A DNA stretch of 64,000 nt from an uncultured delta proteobacterium (GCA_963783425.1 CAWANO010000012.1:38251-102250); one strand, 5' to 3'. Shown: positions 28,002-39,352, numbered from the stretch's first letter. The notes: generated from the sequence alone by a model not told the origin. Translations and numbers: made by a program.

Positions 28002-29396
28002 CTATCGCCGCACCACGGTGCCGCTACCGAAGCGATCCACCAGATCTTCGCCCACCTTGTAAACATCCCCGGCGCCCAGTGTCAGCACCATATCGCCCTG
28101 GGCGACGGTGTCGAGCAGCGTGGCAATGACGGCGTCGGCGTCGTTGGCGTAGCGTACATCTTTGTGACCGTGCTCTTTGATGCCTTCGTAGAGGCGTTGG
28201 CCGCTCACGCCCGCGATGGGGGCTTCGCTGGCCGGATAGATGGGCATCACCACCAGGATGTCGCACTGGTAAAAAGCCCGCGTGAACTCGTCGAACAGGG
28301 CCTGGGTGCGCGTGAAACGATGGGGCTGGAACACTACCACAATGCGCCGGCTGGGCCAGCTGTTGCGCAAGGCTTCCAGAGTGCTTTTGATCTCGGTGGG
28401 GTGGTGGCCATAGTCGTCGATCACGGTAATGCCGTCCACTTCAGCCTTGATTTCCAGGCGGCGCTGCACCCCTTTGACCGATGCCAGGGCCGTGCCGATA
28501 GCCTCAAAATTGACCCCCAACTCCAACCCCACGGCCACGCTGGCCAGGGCGTTATAGACGTTGTGCAGCCCTGGGCGGTTGAGAACGATTTGCCCCAGGT
28601 CGCCGTGGAAGCTGCTGCGCACGTTAAAGTGCGACTGCAGCTGCCGAAAGGTGATGGCGGTGGCGCGCAGATCGGCTTGGGCGCTCAAGCCGTAAGTGAC
28701 ATGACGCCGTTTGACCTTGGGTAGCAGTTCCTGAACCGGTTCATTGTCAAGGCATAATACCGCCAGGCCGTAGAAGGGGATGCGGTCGATGAATTCCAGA
28801 AAAACCGATTTGATATGATCCATGTTGCGGTAAAAATCGAGGTGCTCGCGATCGATATTGGTCACCACGGCGATGGCTGGGGAGAATTTTAAAAAGGAGC
28901 CGTCGCTCTCGTCGGCTTCGGCCACGATAAACTCGCCCTTGCCCAAAACGGCGTTGGTGCCGATGCCCATCAGCTTGCCGCCAATGACCACGGTGGGATC
29001 CAGTTTGCCTGCGGCCAATACCGAAGCCACCAGTGAGGTGGTGGAGGTTTTTCCATGGGCACCGGCGATGGCGATACTGTATTTGAGGCGCATCAGTTCA
29101 GCCAGCATCTCGGCCCGGGGTATGACCGGCAGGCCCGCGTCCTGGGCCGCTCGGGTTTCGGGATTGCCGGGATCGATGGCCGACGACACGACCACGACGT
29201 CGGCATCGCTGATATGCTCGGCAGCGTGGCCCACGTAGACCGTGCCGCCCAGGCGCGTCAGGTTCTCGGTGATCTCGCTTCGAACCAGGTCCGATCCGGA
29301 AACCGTATAGCCCAGGTTGAGCAGCAATTCGGCGATGCCGCTCATGCCGATGCCGCCGATGCCCACAAAGTGAATATGATAGCGGTTTTGATACAT
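28002..29396 (-). CDS. murC: UDP-N-acetylmuramate--L-alanine ligase
   Basis: IGGIGMSGIA, GAHGKTSTT, EADESDGSF, DDYGHHPTE, FQPHR. Confidence 0.98.
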   Translation of the reverse strand: MYQNRYHIHFVGIGGIGMSGIAELLLNLGYTVSGSDLVRSEITENLTRLGGTVYVGHAAEHISDADVVVVSSAIDPGNPETRAAQDAGLPVIPRAEMLAELMRLKYSIAIAGAHGKTSTTSLVASVLAAGKLDPTVVIGGKLMGIGTNAVLGKGEFIVAEADESDGSFLKFSPAIAVVTNIDREHLDFYRNMDHIKSVFLEFIDRIPFYGLAVLCLDNEPVQELLPKVKRRHVTYGLSAQADLRATAITFRQLQSHFNVRSSFHGDLGQIVLNRPGLHNVYNALASVAVGLELGVNFEAIGTALASVKGVQRRLEIKAEVDGITVIDDYGHHPTEIKSTLEALRNSWPSRRIVVVFQPHRFTRTQALFDEFTRAFYQCDILVVMPIYPASEAPIAGVSGQRLYEGIKEHGHKDVRYANDADAVIATLLDTVAQGDMVLTLGAGDVYKVGEDLVDRFGSGTVVRR

Positions 29397-29451
29397 CGTT
29401 TCTCGTTAGTGTTCGTGTTTATATTTACCGTTGGGGCCGATTTTCATCGTG

Positions 29452-30566
29452 TCACGCCTGTCGCCTGCGATCGTTTTGTGCCAATAGGGCGCAACAGTCC
29501 TCGACGATGTCGCCGTGCCGCTTGGCGGTTGCCCAGTTGACCGCTGCGCCGCGCCATCCGCGCCAGGCGCTGCCGGTCATCACGAGCGGCCGTCAGATAG
29601 CTCCGCCAGGCGCTGGCCGCTCAATTCGGACTCCAAAATCATCTGGGCGGCCCCCCGGTCGACTAGGGCGCGGGCGTTTTTGGCCTGATGATCGTTGGTG
29701 GCCGCGGCAAAGGGGATAAAAATAGCCGCCTTGCCCAGGGCCGTCACCTCGGCGATGGTGGTCGCGCCGGCGCGACACACCAGCAGGTCGGCCTGGCGGT
29801 ACCGGCGACCCATGTCGTGGAAAAACGCACCCACTTCGGCGTGAAGGCGCTGTTCCCGGTAGGCCTTTTCCACCCAGGCGGCGTCCTTTGGTCCGGTTTG
29901 GTGCACAAACTGAAACCGCTGCGGCTGGTTCAAATGAGGCAGCATCTCCACCACGGCGGTGTTGATGGCATGGGCCCCCTGGCTGCCGCCGACAATCAAT
30001 ACGGCCATGCTGTGCGCTCCGTCGGCCGGAATCGTCTCGGTTGCCGGCGGATTTTCTTCCAAAACCTCACGTCGAACGGGATTGCCAAGGGTGCGCAGCT
30101 TGGCGGGAGAGACCGTCAGGCGGGTTCTTTCGAAAGAGAGGTAGATACGCCGCGCCAGCGGCGCCAGGAGGCGATTGGTGAGGCCGGCGATGCTGTTTTG
30201 TTCGTGCAGCACGATGGGAATGCCCTGCAAAAAGGCCGCTACGGCGACCGGGCCGGCCGAGTATCCCCCAACGCCCACCACCAGATCGGGGTTGAAGCGG
30301 TGCAGGTGGCGCGTCGCCTGCCACAACCCCACGGGTAAAGCTGCCATCGCCCGAAGTTGTTTTAACGCCCCCAAGCCTTTAATGCCCGTTACCGTCAACG
30401 CTTCATGGTCGAAGCCCGAGCGTGACAAAATGTCGCGCTCGAAGGGCCGGTCGGTGCCGATGAAGAGCACCCGGCAGTGGGTGTGGCGCGCCAAAAAGGC
30501 CTCGGCGATGGCGATGCCGGGAAAAAGATGGCCTCCCGTGCCGCCACCGGCAATGACCAAGGCCAC
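29452..30566 (-). CDS. murG: Lipid II GlcNAc transferase; start uncertain, 3' end frameshifted twice
   Basis: GGGTGGHLFPG, GGYSAGP, HEQN, GNPVR, GGSQGA, RAGATT; the C-terminal helices continue in other frames (YLTAARDDRQRLARMA... then DIVEDCCALL...*) after shifts at ~29598 and ~29512. Confidence 0.88.
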
Positions 30567-30610
30567 GCCACGCGGCGTGCCACAGGGGTCGGCCGAGGCG
30601 CAAAAAAGCG

Positions 30611-31765
30611 TTATGATCGACGTGAAAGCGATAGCGTACTCCCGATATTCATTAAAATACCCATCGAACACATGGTGATCAGCAACGAGGTGCCCCCGTA
30701 GCTGAGCAGCGGCAGCGGCAACCCCTTGGGCGGCAGCAGGCCTACGGTGACGGCCATGTTGATGCAGACCTGCATGATGAGCGCCGTGGTGATGCCCACG
30801 GCGATCAGCGCGCCGAACAGATCCTTGCAAGCGCGGGCGATGTTAATGCCGCGCCACAGCAGTACGCCGTAGAGCGATAAAATCACCACCACGCCCACCA
30901 GCCCCAGCTCCTCGCCGATAACCGAAAAGATAAAATCGGTGTGCGGCTCGGGCAGGTAAAAGAGCTTCTGGTAGCTTTGGCCCAGGCCGGTGCCGATCCA
31001 ACCGCCGGTGCCGAAGGCCATCTGGCTGTGGACCACCTGATAGCCCTTGTCGGCGGCATGAGCCCAGGGGTTGAGAAAGCTGGCCACCCGTTCCAGCCGG
31101 TAAGGCGCGCTGGCTAAAAAATAGCCCAACCCGACGATCACTATCGGCATTGGCGTCAGCAGGTGCAGCAGGCGCACCCCGCCGGCGAACATGATCACCC
31201 AGGTAATGGTGGTCAGGATGACCACCGAGCCGAAATCGGGCTCCAGGGCGATCAGCAGCGCCATGGCGCCCAGTACCACCACGTGGGGTAGGAAACCGAT
31301 GACGAACTGGTTCACCTGAGGCTCTTTTTTAGCCAACGAGTAGGCCAGATAGATCACCATGGCCAAGCGCCCGAACTCCGAAGGCTGAAACGAGAATCCG
31401 GCCAGGTGCAGCCAACGGGTCGAACCGCCGGCCGAGTGGCCCAGACCGGGGATTTGCAGCATGGCCAACAGCGCCATGGCCATGGCCAGCAGGGGGTAGG
31501 CCATCTGGCGGTAATAGCGGTAGGGGAAATGCCGGCAAACCACCAGGGCGACGATCCCGGCCAGGGCAAATACAGCTTGTCGCTTGAGGTAGTAGTAGCC
31601 GTGGCCGTATACTTTCAGTGAGAGTGCCGAGCTGGCGCTGTAGACCATCACGATCCCCAGGCCCACCAATAAAATGGTGGGAAAAAGCAGGGCCGAGTCG
31701 TACCGGCGGTGGCCGGCCGGCGTCCGTTCCGGCTTCGATTTTTGGGTGGGGCGCTTTCGGGTCAT
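30611..31765 (-). CDS. ftsW: Peptidoglycan polymerase FtsW
   Basis: MVYSAS, FQPSE, EPDFGS, LPEPHTDFIFSVIGEELG, LSYGGTS. Confidence 0.97.
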   Translation of the reverse strand: MTRKRPTQKSKPERTPAGHRRYDSALLFPTILLVGLGIVMVYSASSALSLKVYGHGYYYLKRQAVFALAGIVALVVCRHFPYRYYRQMAYPLLAMAMALLAMLQIPGLGHSAGGSTRWLHLAGFSFQPSEFGRLAMVIYLAYSLAKKEPQVNQFVIGFLPHVVVLGAMALLIALEPDFGSVVILTTITWVIMFAGGVRLLHLLTPMPIVIVGLGYFLASAPYRLERVASFLNPWAHAADKGYQVVHSQMAFGTGGWIGTGLGQSYQKLFYLPEPHTDFIFSVIGEELGLVGVVVILSLYGVLLWRGINIARACKDLFGALIAVGITTALIMQVCINMAVTVGLLPPKGLPLPLLSYGGTSLLITMCSMGILMNIGSTLSLSRRS

Positions 31766-33153
31766 TTTAGTCTACCCACCTGCTGTTTAAAGTCGTCGCC
31801 GCGTTGGGCGTAATTGTCGTACTGGTCGAAGCTGGCGCAGCCGGGCGAGAGCAGTACCACATCTCCAGGCTGGGCGTGTTGGCCGGCGAGCCTCAGGGCG
31901 GTGTTCATATCTGCCGCCGTGGCCACGGGGAGTGAATTCCTGAGTGCATCGGCAATGGTTTCAGCGGCCGCGCCCATGGCGATGAGCTGTTTGACCTTGC
32001 CGGCGGCCACAGGGGCTATGCGCTCGAATTGGTCGCCCTTGTCGAGCCCGCCCATCAGCAAGACGATGGGCGCGTCAAAGGCCTCCAGGGCGCGCAGCAC
32101 GGCGGCCACATTGGTGGCCTTGGAGTCGTTGATGTAGCGCACGCCGTCGACGTCGCCGGCCAACTCCATGCGATGGGCCATGCCTTCAAAGCGATCGATG
32201 GTGTCCTGAATGCCTGTGGCGTTAGCACCGGCGGCCAGTGCCGCCAGGGCGGCCGCGGCCAGGTTTTCACGGTTGTGCACGCCGATCAGAGGGGTGCGCG
32301 AGGTGTTGAAATCCAGCGTGGCGTCCTCTATGCGACAGTGCAGACGATCGCCGTCGATCCAGGCGCCGGCCAGGGGGGCGGGTGCACCGGGCGGTGGCGC
32401 ACCGTGGGTAAAGGGGCAGGGGCGGCTATTGACGGTGGCAACGATTGAGCGCACCCCGGCATCATCGGCGTTGTAAATGGCTAAATCGCGGGCGCCCTGG
32501 TTTTCGAAAATACGCGCCTTTGCGGCGCTGTAGGCCGCTATATCGTCGTAGCGGTCGAGATGGTCGGCGGCGATATTGAGCAGCACGGCCACCCGGGGGT
32601 GCAAGCGCTCCATGGTGTCGAGTTGAAAGCTGCTCACTTCGGCCACTACCACCTCGGCCGGCTGGCCGGCGGCTACGAAGCCGATCAGCGGCGCACCGAT
32701 ATTGCCGCCCGTAAAGACGCGCCGGCCCGAAGCGGCCAACATCTGGCCAATCAACGCCGTGGTGGTGGTTTTGCCGTTGGTGCCGGTCACGGCTACCAGG
32801 TCACGTTCGAGAAAGCGCGCGGCCCACTCCATCTCACCCCAAATGGGGACGCCACGACGGCGCAATCGCTGAAGCGGTGCGATGGTGTGAGGCACTCCCG
32901 GACTGAGACACACCAAGTCGGTATCGTCACAAAAATCGGCGCCGTGGCCACCCAACTCGACCGCCACCCCGCTACGGCGCAAGTTGGCTGCCTGGGCTTG
33001 CAGGGGGCCTGTGTCGGCCGCATCCGAAACCTTTACACGGGCGCCTCGGGCACCGAAAAACAGGGCACTGGCCGCGCCGGAGCGCCCCAGGCCCAGCACC
33101 AGAATGGTTTTGTTTTTCAAGTCCATGGTCATAAGCTCAGTTTCAGGCCGCAT
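31762..33153 (-). CDS. murD: UDP-MurNAc-L-Ala--D-glutamate ligase
   Basis: LGLGRSG, TGTNGKTTT, EVSSFQL, DHLDRY, NDSKATN, SPGCASFD; start at the TAATG overlap or a few codons downstream. Confidence 0.96.
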   Translation of the reverse strand: MRPETELMTMDLKNKTILVLGLGRSGAASALFFGARGARVKVSDAADTGPLQAQAANLRRSGVAVELGGHGADFCDDTDLVCLSPGVPHTIAPLQRLRRRGVPIWGEMEWAARFLERDLVAVTGTNGKTTTTALIGQMLAASGRRVFTGGNIGAPLIGFVAAGQPAEVVVAEVSSFQLDTMERLHPRVAVLLNIAADHLDRYDDIAAYSAAKARIFENQGARDLAIYNADDAGVRSIVATVNSRPCPFTHGAPPPGAPAPLAGAWIDGDRLHCRIEDATLDFNTSRTPLIGVHNRENLAAAALAALAAGANATGIQDTIDRFEGMAHRMELAGDVDGVRYINDSKATNVAAVLRALEAFDAPIVLLMGGLDKGDQFERIAPVAAGKVKQLIAMGAAAETIADALRNSLPVATAADMNTALRLAGQHAQPGDVVLLSPGCASFDQYDNYAQRGDDFKQQVGRLK

Positions 33154-34231
33154 TATCGAAGTTTCAGCGTGCTGAGTGAAATCAGCGCCAGGGCAATGGA
33201 GACGATCCAGAAGCGAACGATCACTTTCGGCTCGGCCCATCCCTTGAGTTCGAAGTGGTGATGCAGCGGGGCCATTTTGAAGATGCGCCGCCCGCCTGTG
33301 AGTTTGAAAAAACCGACCTGCAGGATCACCGACATGGCTTCAGCCACGAAAAGACCGCCGACCAGCACCAGTAAAAACTCCTGTTTGGTGACTACGGCCA
33401 CCGTCCCGATGGCGCCGCCCAGGGCCAGCGATCCGGTGTCACCCATAAAGACCTGGGCCGGGTAGGTGTTGAACCACAGAAAACCCAGACCGGCCCCGGC
33501 CAGTGCACCGCAAAAGACGGTCAGTTCCCCGCTGCCGGCAACGTAAGGCAGCTGCAGGTATTCGGCGATATTGACGTGGCCGGCCACATAGGCCAGTGCC
33601 ATGAAAGTGACGGCCGCCACGATGACCGGCCCGATGGCCAGCCCATCCAGGCCGTCGGTGAGGTTGACGGCGTTGGAGGCGCTGACGATCACCAGCACCA
33701 CGAAAAGGATGTAGCCCCAGCCGAGCTGAGGCGAAAAGGCCTTGAAAAAGGGCACGTTGACCATGGTTGAGTAGTTGCTCAGTCGATACAAGCAGATGCC
33801 GATGATCAGCGCGGTTACCACCTGCAGGCTCAGCTTTGAAATGGCCCGCAGGCCTTTGTTGCGCTTTTTGACCTGTTTGAGGTAGTCGTCGACAAACCCC
33901 ACTGGCCGAAGGATAAAATGGTCAAAAGGGCCAGCCACACGAAGGGGTTGGCCAGGTCGGCCCACAAGAGGGTCGACAGGGTCACGGCCATGATGATCAG
34001 GAACCCGCCCATGGTGGGCGTACCCGCCTTTTCCATGTGACGTGCGGGGCCGTCTTCCTGAATGTATTGACCCACCTGCCACAAGCGTAATTTTTCGATC
34101 ACCCAGGGGCCCAGGATAAAGCAGATCAAAAAGGCGGTGACCGTGGCGTAGATGGCCCGGAAGGTGATGTACCGAAAGACATTGAGGGCTGACCAGACGG
34201 TGTGCAGCGGATATAGCAGGTTATAGAGCAT
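33153..34231 (-). CDS. mraY: Phospho-MurNAc-pentapeptide transferase, split by a frameshift at ~33904
   Basis: N-half ([15 protein letters not shown]) in ORF 33830-34231; C-half ([32 protein letters not shown]) in ORF ending 33153. Confidence 0.93.
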
Positions 34232-34234
34232 CGT

Positions 34235-35678
34235 CTATGAGGCCTCGGTTTCGGTTGGGGTGTGCGCCCATTCCATAAGGGCCTTGAGCACGGTCTCCAT
34301 GGCCATACCGCGTGACCCTTTAATCAGCAAATAGTCACCGGGGTGCAGCCGGGCCTTGAGTTTTTGGGTCAGAACCGGCTTTTCAGCCGTCACCACCTGT
34401 TGGGCGGGCATGCCTTGGTCCAGGGCGCCGGCAGCCACCTCCTCGGCCATAGCGCCGGTCACAAAGAGGCCGTCCAGATGGGAGGCGGCGATTAGGGCGC
34501 CCACCTCGCGGTGCAATTCGCGCGCGCTTGCGCCCAATTCGAGCATATCCCCCAACACCATGAACTTGCGGCCGGCCGGGTCCAACTCCTTGAGGGTGGT
34601 CACGGCGGCGATCACCGATCCCGGGTTGGCGTTGTAGGTGTCGTCGATGAGGGTGACGCCGGCCGCGGTTGCGATGACCCGCAAACGTCCCTCAAGCGGT
34701 TCGAAGCGGCTGAGCGTTTCGGCAATGGCGGTAAGAGTGATGCCGGCCTGCCAGCCCACGGCGGCGGCGGCCAGAGCGTTTGAGACCATAAAGCGGCCCG
34801 GCGTTTGCAGCTGCACTTCGGCCTGCTGGCCAGGTGCGCAGAGGGTGAAACGAAAGCCTTGCGGGGTGGCGCGCACCTCCCGCGCTTGTATGGTGGCCGC
34901 GTCATCGAGGCCGAAGGTGACGACCGGGGTCGTGATCCGGGCGGCCAGGCCCTGGAGGTGTTGATCATCGGCGTTGAGCACCATCACGCCGCCAGATTTT
35001 AGGCCTTTTACGATTTCGGATTTGGCTTTCAAGACGCCGGCGATATCCCCCACGCCTTCCAGGTGACTGGGGGCGATGTTGGTGATGAGGCCGATATCGG
35101 GTTGGCAGATCTCGCTCAGGCGCGCGATTTCGCCGAAATGATTCATGCCGATTTCAACCACGGCCCACCGGTGGTGCGGTTGCAGGCTAAACAGAGTCAG
35201 CGGCAGACCGATATGGTTATTGAGGTTGCCGCTGGTGGCCAGGGTTGGAAAGCGGCGCCCATACCGCGGCGGTCATGCGGCGCGTGGTGGTTTTGCCGTT
35301 GGAGCCGGTGATGGCAACGACCTTGGCGGGCAGCAGGCGACGCTGATGGGCCGCCAGGTCGCCCAGGGCGCGGGTGGTGTCAGCCACGGCGATAAAAACC
35401 GTATCGCCCATGAGGCTGGGATCCGGGGAGCGTTCCTTGAACCAGTGCTCGGCCGCCACCACACCATTAGCCTCTTTAGCGATGGCATCGGGAATGTAGT
35501 CGTGCCCATCGAGTTTTTCGCCGACGATGGCTACAAAGAGGGCGCCACGCGGCAGGTTGCGGGAATCGATGGCCAAGGCGTCAAAATGGCCGCTCTCCTT
35601 GCCGTGCACCAACCAGCCCCCGGCGGCATCGATCACATCGCCCGGCGACCAGATGATTTTTTGGTCGGGGGTGATCAT
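34235..35678 (-). CDS. murF: UDP-MurNAc-tripeptide--D-Ala-D-Ala ligase, split by a frameshift at ~35261
   Basis: IDSR, DGHDY, ITGSNGKTTT in one frame; GNLNNHIGLP, EIGMNH, DDTYNANP, GDMLELG, KGSRGM in the next. Confidence 0.93.
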
Positions 35679-37231
35679 GCCGCCTCCTCATCCTGGTCGC
35701 GCCGGGCCAAGGCTGCGGCGGCCACCTTGCGGTCATCGAAATCGAGCCTCCGGCCGCCTACGATTTGATAGGTTTCGTGGCCCTTGCCGGCAATGAGCAC
35801 GGTATCACCGGCCGCGGCCGCGCGGATGGCAAGATCGATGGCCAGACCGCGATCAGGTTCCAGAACATAGCCCCGGGGCGCCTTATCCGGGTCGGTGTCG
35901 AGCAATTGCGCGGCGTTGAGGTGCCAGGCGCCGGTGGAGGCGATGCCGGTTACGATATCGTTGATGATGCTCTGGGGGGCCTCGTTGCGGGGATTGTCGG
36001 ATGTGACCACCACCAGGTCGCTCAAGCGCATGGCGATGCGGCCCATGAGCGACCGCTTGGTGCGGTCGCGGTCACCGCCGCAACCAAACACCACCAGTAT
36101 GCGTCGTTCGGTCAGCGATTTGAGGGCCTTAATGGCATTTTCCAGGGCGTCAGGAGTATGGGCGTAATCGACGTAGACATAAAACCCTTGCGATGGTACC
36201 CGTTCCAGGCGACCGGAGACGGTTTTAAGGGCCGTGACGCCTCGGGCGATGGTGGTCGCTTCGATGTCCATGGCCGCCGCCGCGCCTGCTGCGCAGAGTA
36301 TGTTTTCGAGATTATGGCCGCCGACCAAGCCAGTTTTGAAATCGACGGTCTTCTCGCCGACCGTCAAGCTGCCGATAATGCCTTCCTGGTCCAGCTGGAC
36401 ATCCTGGCAATGGACGAAGGCCGTGGCGTCGCCGCCGACGGTGGTTACCGGCAGACGCAACTCCTTGACCAGATCGGCACCGTGGCGGTTGGCGATGTTG
36501 ATTACCGCCTTGGCCTTACGGGCCTTGGGGCCTTCAACGAGCAGTTTGGTGAAGAGTTGTTTTTTAACGGCCCAGTAGTGTTCCATGTCGCCGTGAAAGT
36601 CGAGATGGTCCTGGGAGAGATTGGTGAAGACGCCGATGTCGATGGGGCATTGGGCTATGCGACCCTGGGCCAGGGCGTGGGAGGAGACCTCCATGACCAC
36701 ATGGGTGACCCCGGCATCGGCCATTTCGCGCAAGATGCGCTGCAGCCTCACGGCGTCGGGTGTTGTCACCGCCGCCGGGTGGCAGTGATTACCGTAGCGA
36801 TAGTTGACTGTGCCGATCACGCCCGGCGCGCGCCCGGCCGCCTTCAGGATGCTTTCGATCAAATAGGCCGTGGTGGTCTTGCCATTGGTGCCGGTGATGC
36901 CGATGACGGTCAATTCCAGTGCGGGGTGGTCAAAAAAGCAGCTGGCCAGCAAGGGCAAGGCCTGGCGGGTGTCGGCCGTACAAACCACTGGAACGGCGGT
37001 GGTGACCGGTCGTTGCGCCACCACGGCCACGGCGCCACGGGCCACGGCGTCATCGATAAACTCATGCCCATCGGCACTATAGCCGGCGATAGCCACAAAA
37101 AGGCCTCCCGGCCGCACCTCGGTGCTGCGGCAGTGCAGCGAAGAGATTGTGAGCGTTTCGGCAGCGGGGGCCTTGACCGGCCAGTGCTGCTCCAAAACCG
37201 CTATGGGTGCGATGAGCTGAGCCAGTTTCAT
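35675..37231 (-). CDS. murE: UDP-MurNAc-dipeptide--meso-DAP ligase
   Basis: TGTNGKTT, EVSSH, DHLDFH, DYAHTPD, GCGGDRD, DNPR (DAP-type), GKGHE. Confidence 0.97.
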   Translation of the reverse strand: MKLAQLIAPIAVLEQHWPVKAPAAETLTISSLHCRSTEVRPGGLFVAIAGYSADGHEFIDDAVARGAVAVVAQRPVTTAVPVVCTADTRQALPLLASCFFDHPALELTVIGITGTNGKTTTAYLIESILKAAGRAPGVIGTVNYRYGNHCHPAAVTTPDAVRLQRILREMADAGVTHVVMEVSSHALAQGRIAQCPIDIGVFTNLSQDHLDFHGDMEHYWAVKKQLFTKLLVEGPKARKAKAVINIANRHGADLVKELRLPVTTVGGDATAFVHCQDVQLDQEGIIGSLTVGEKTVDFKTGLVGGHNLENILCAAGAAAAMDIEATTIARGVTALKTVSGRLERVPSQGFYVYVDYAHTPDALENAIKALKSLTERRILVVFGCGGDRDRTKRSLMGRIAMRLSDLVVVTSDNPRNEAPQSIINDIVTGIASTGAWHLNAAQLLDTDPDKAPRGYVLEPDRGLAIDLAIRAAAAGDTVLIAGKGHETYQIVGGRRLDFDDRKVAAAALARRDQDEEAA

Positions 37232-38982
37232 AGCCGGGCCTTTTTGATCAGGGGGTTGGCGGCCTCGAGGCGCGGTCTGGGCAAGTTGGGCGGTACGTTC
37301 ATGTAGCCCAGGGTGTCCTGGGCGATCTTTTTGAAAGCGGGTGCGGCTACGGTGCCGCCGTAGTGGCGCTTGCGGGGCTCGTCGACCACCACCAGAACCA
37401 CGGTTTTGGGGTTGTCGGCCGGCGCGAAACCCACGAACGAAGAGACAAAGTCGCTACTCGAATAACGGCCGTCGGGACCGATTTTCTGGGCCGTACCGGT
37501 TTTGCCGCCTACCTTGTAGCCGCTGATGGCCGCATTGGTGCCGGTGCCGCCCTCTTCGACCACGGCAGCCATCATGAGGCGAAGGGCACGGGCCGTGTCG
37601 ACCGTCACGGCCCGGCGAATCGGCTGGGGTAGGGTTTTCTGCAACAAACGGCCGTTGGGCGCCGTGATGGCCTGAACGATGTAGGGCCGCATCATCACCC
37701 CGTCGTTGGCAATTGCCGCTACGGCGGTGGCCAACTGCATGGCGGTGACGGCGATGCCCTGGCCGAACGCCAGATTGGCGGCATCGATGGGTCGCCACAA
37801 GCGATGGTGGGCCAGCCGGCCGTCGACTTCGCCGGGGCAATCGATGCCGGTCAGTTCACCGAAACCGAAATTTTTGAGCTGGCGGTAGAAGACGTCGCGT
37901 CCCATGGTCTGCATGATTTTGGCGGCCCCGATGTTGCTCGAGTATTTCACGATCTCCGACACGGTGAGCCACTCGTATTCGTGGGTGTCGTGAATGGGAA
38001 TACGGCCGATACGGTAGAGGCCCTTTTCACAAAAAAAGACGCTACGATCCGAGACCGCCCTGGCCTCGATGGCGGCGGCGGCCGTGAAAATTTTCAGCGT
38101 CGAGCCAGGCTCGAAGGTGTCGGTGATGAGGCGGTTTCGCCAATGAAAGCGGCTGTAGCGGCTGAAGGTGTTGGGATCGAAAAGGGGGTATAGCGCCATG
38201 GCGTGGATGGCCCCGCTATTGGGGTCCATCACCAGCGCCATGCCCGACTTGGCCTCGAACTCTTCGACCGTGGCTGTGAGCGCCTGCTCGGCAATGCGCT
38301 GGATGTGGGCATCGATGGTCAGAATTACGTTGTTGCCAGTGGTTTCGTCGGCCAGCTGCCGCTCCAATTCAAAACCGCGCCCCATGCGGTCGCGCAGCAC
38401 GGTCATCTTGCCCTCATGGCCCCGCAACTGGGCATCATGATAAAACTCGATTCCCTCCAGCCCCTGGCCATCGATGCCCGTGAATCCCAACACCTGGCCG
38501 GCCAGCGTTTTGTGCGGATAATAGCGCCCCGGAGCCGGCTCGAGCACCGTGCCTTTCAGGTCGTGACTTTCCACCACCGCCTTGACGGCGGCGATCTGCT
38601 TGGGAGTGGCCTGACGCTCGAGCCATACGAAGGGCGCACTCGAGTTAAGTTTGGCCGAGATTTCCCGCGTGCTGATGCCGACCGCCTTGGCTAAACCGGC
38701 CGCCGCCGTGGTGTTGCTTTTTACCTTTTCGGGATGCATGCCGATGGCGGTCACCTCCACGGCCACGGCCATTTCACGGTGGGCCGCGTCGTAGATGGCC
38801 CCGCGCTTGCCCTGGGTCACCATCACTTGCCTGTAACTCGAAGCAGCCTTATCGGAGAGAAACGTGCGCTCCATGACCTGCAGCTGCACCGACTTAGCCA
38901 GAATCAGCGCCAGCGCCAAAGTAAACCCGGCGCCGATGACGCAGATTCTGCGGCGAAATTTTTTCTGGGCTTTGGCATTCAT
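37228..38982 (-). CDS. ftsI: Class B penicillin-binding protein (septal transpeptidase)
   Basis: TM anchor, RGAIYD, RYYP, GLEGIE; SxxK (GSTLK), SxN (SSN), KTGT. Confidence 0.95.
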   Translation of the reverse strand: MNAKAQKKFRRRICVIGAGFTLALALILAKSVQLQVMERTFLSDKAASSYRQVMVTQGKRGAIYDAAHREMAVAVEVTAIGMHPEKVKSNTTAAAGLAKAVGISTREISAKLNSSAPFVWLERQATPKQIAAVKAVVESHDLKGTVLEPAPGRYYPHKTLAGQVLGFTGIDGQGLEGIEFYHDAQLRGHEGKMTVLRDRMGRGFELERQLADETTGNNVILTIDAHIQRIAEQALTATVEEFEAKSGMALVMDPNSGAIHAMALYPLFDPNTFSRYSRFHWRNRLITDTFEPGSTLKIFTAAAAIEARAVSDRSVFFCEKGLYRIGRIPIHDTHEYEWLTVSEIVKYSSNIGAAKIMQTMGRDVFYRQLKNFGFGELTGIDCPGEVDGRLAHHRLWRPIDAANLAFGQGIAVTAMQLATAVAAIANDGVMMRPYIVQAITAPNGRLLQKTLPQPIRRAVTVDTARALRLMMAAVVEEGGTGTNAAISGYKVGGKTGTAQKIGPDGRYSSSDFVSSFVGFAPADNPKTVVLVVVDEPRKRHYGGTVAAPAFKKIAQDTLGYMNVPPNLPRPRLEAANPLIKKARL

Positions 38983-39290
38983 GGTAAGGCGCGTACCTGT
39001 TCTGGTTCGGGCATTTTAAGTCCCAGCTGCTCCCGTGCGATTTCGGCGATACGGGCCGGCGATCGCAAGCGGGCCAGCTCGATTTTCAATGCGTCTTTGC
39101 GTTCGAGCAGTGCCTGATTGCGCATGGTCAAGCGGCTGATGTCGTAACCGGTGCGGCGATACTCTTCGCGCACCCAGGTGAAGGCGAACAGATCAATGAT
39201 CAGCGCCACCAGGATAAGGGCCCAGGGCCAGGAGGCCCTTACGCGGGCCTTGGGCTTGTTAGGTTTGCGGTTTGTGGTGCCGTTGGCCAT
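38979..39290 (-). CDS. ftsL: Cell division protein FtsL
   Basis: TM helix plus leucine coiled coil, RIAEIAREQLGL..P; lies between rsmH and ftsI. Confidence 0.88.
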   Translation of the reverse strand: MANGTTNRKPNKPKARVRASWPWALILVALIIDLFAFTWVREEYRRTGYDISRLTMRNQALLERKDALKIELARLRSPARIAEIAREQLGLKMPEPEQVRALP

Positions 39291-39352
39291 GGGCGTCTAC
39301 TTCCACAATGTAGGAACAATGTAGGAAGTGGGTTGTCTGAGCCAGGTGGCCC

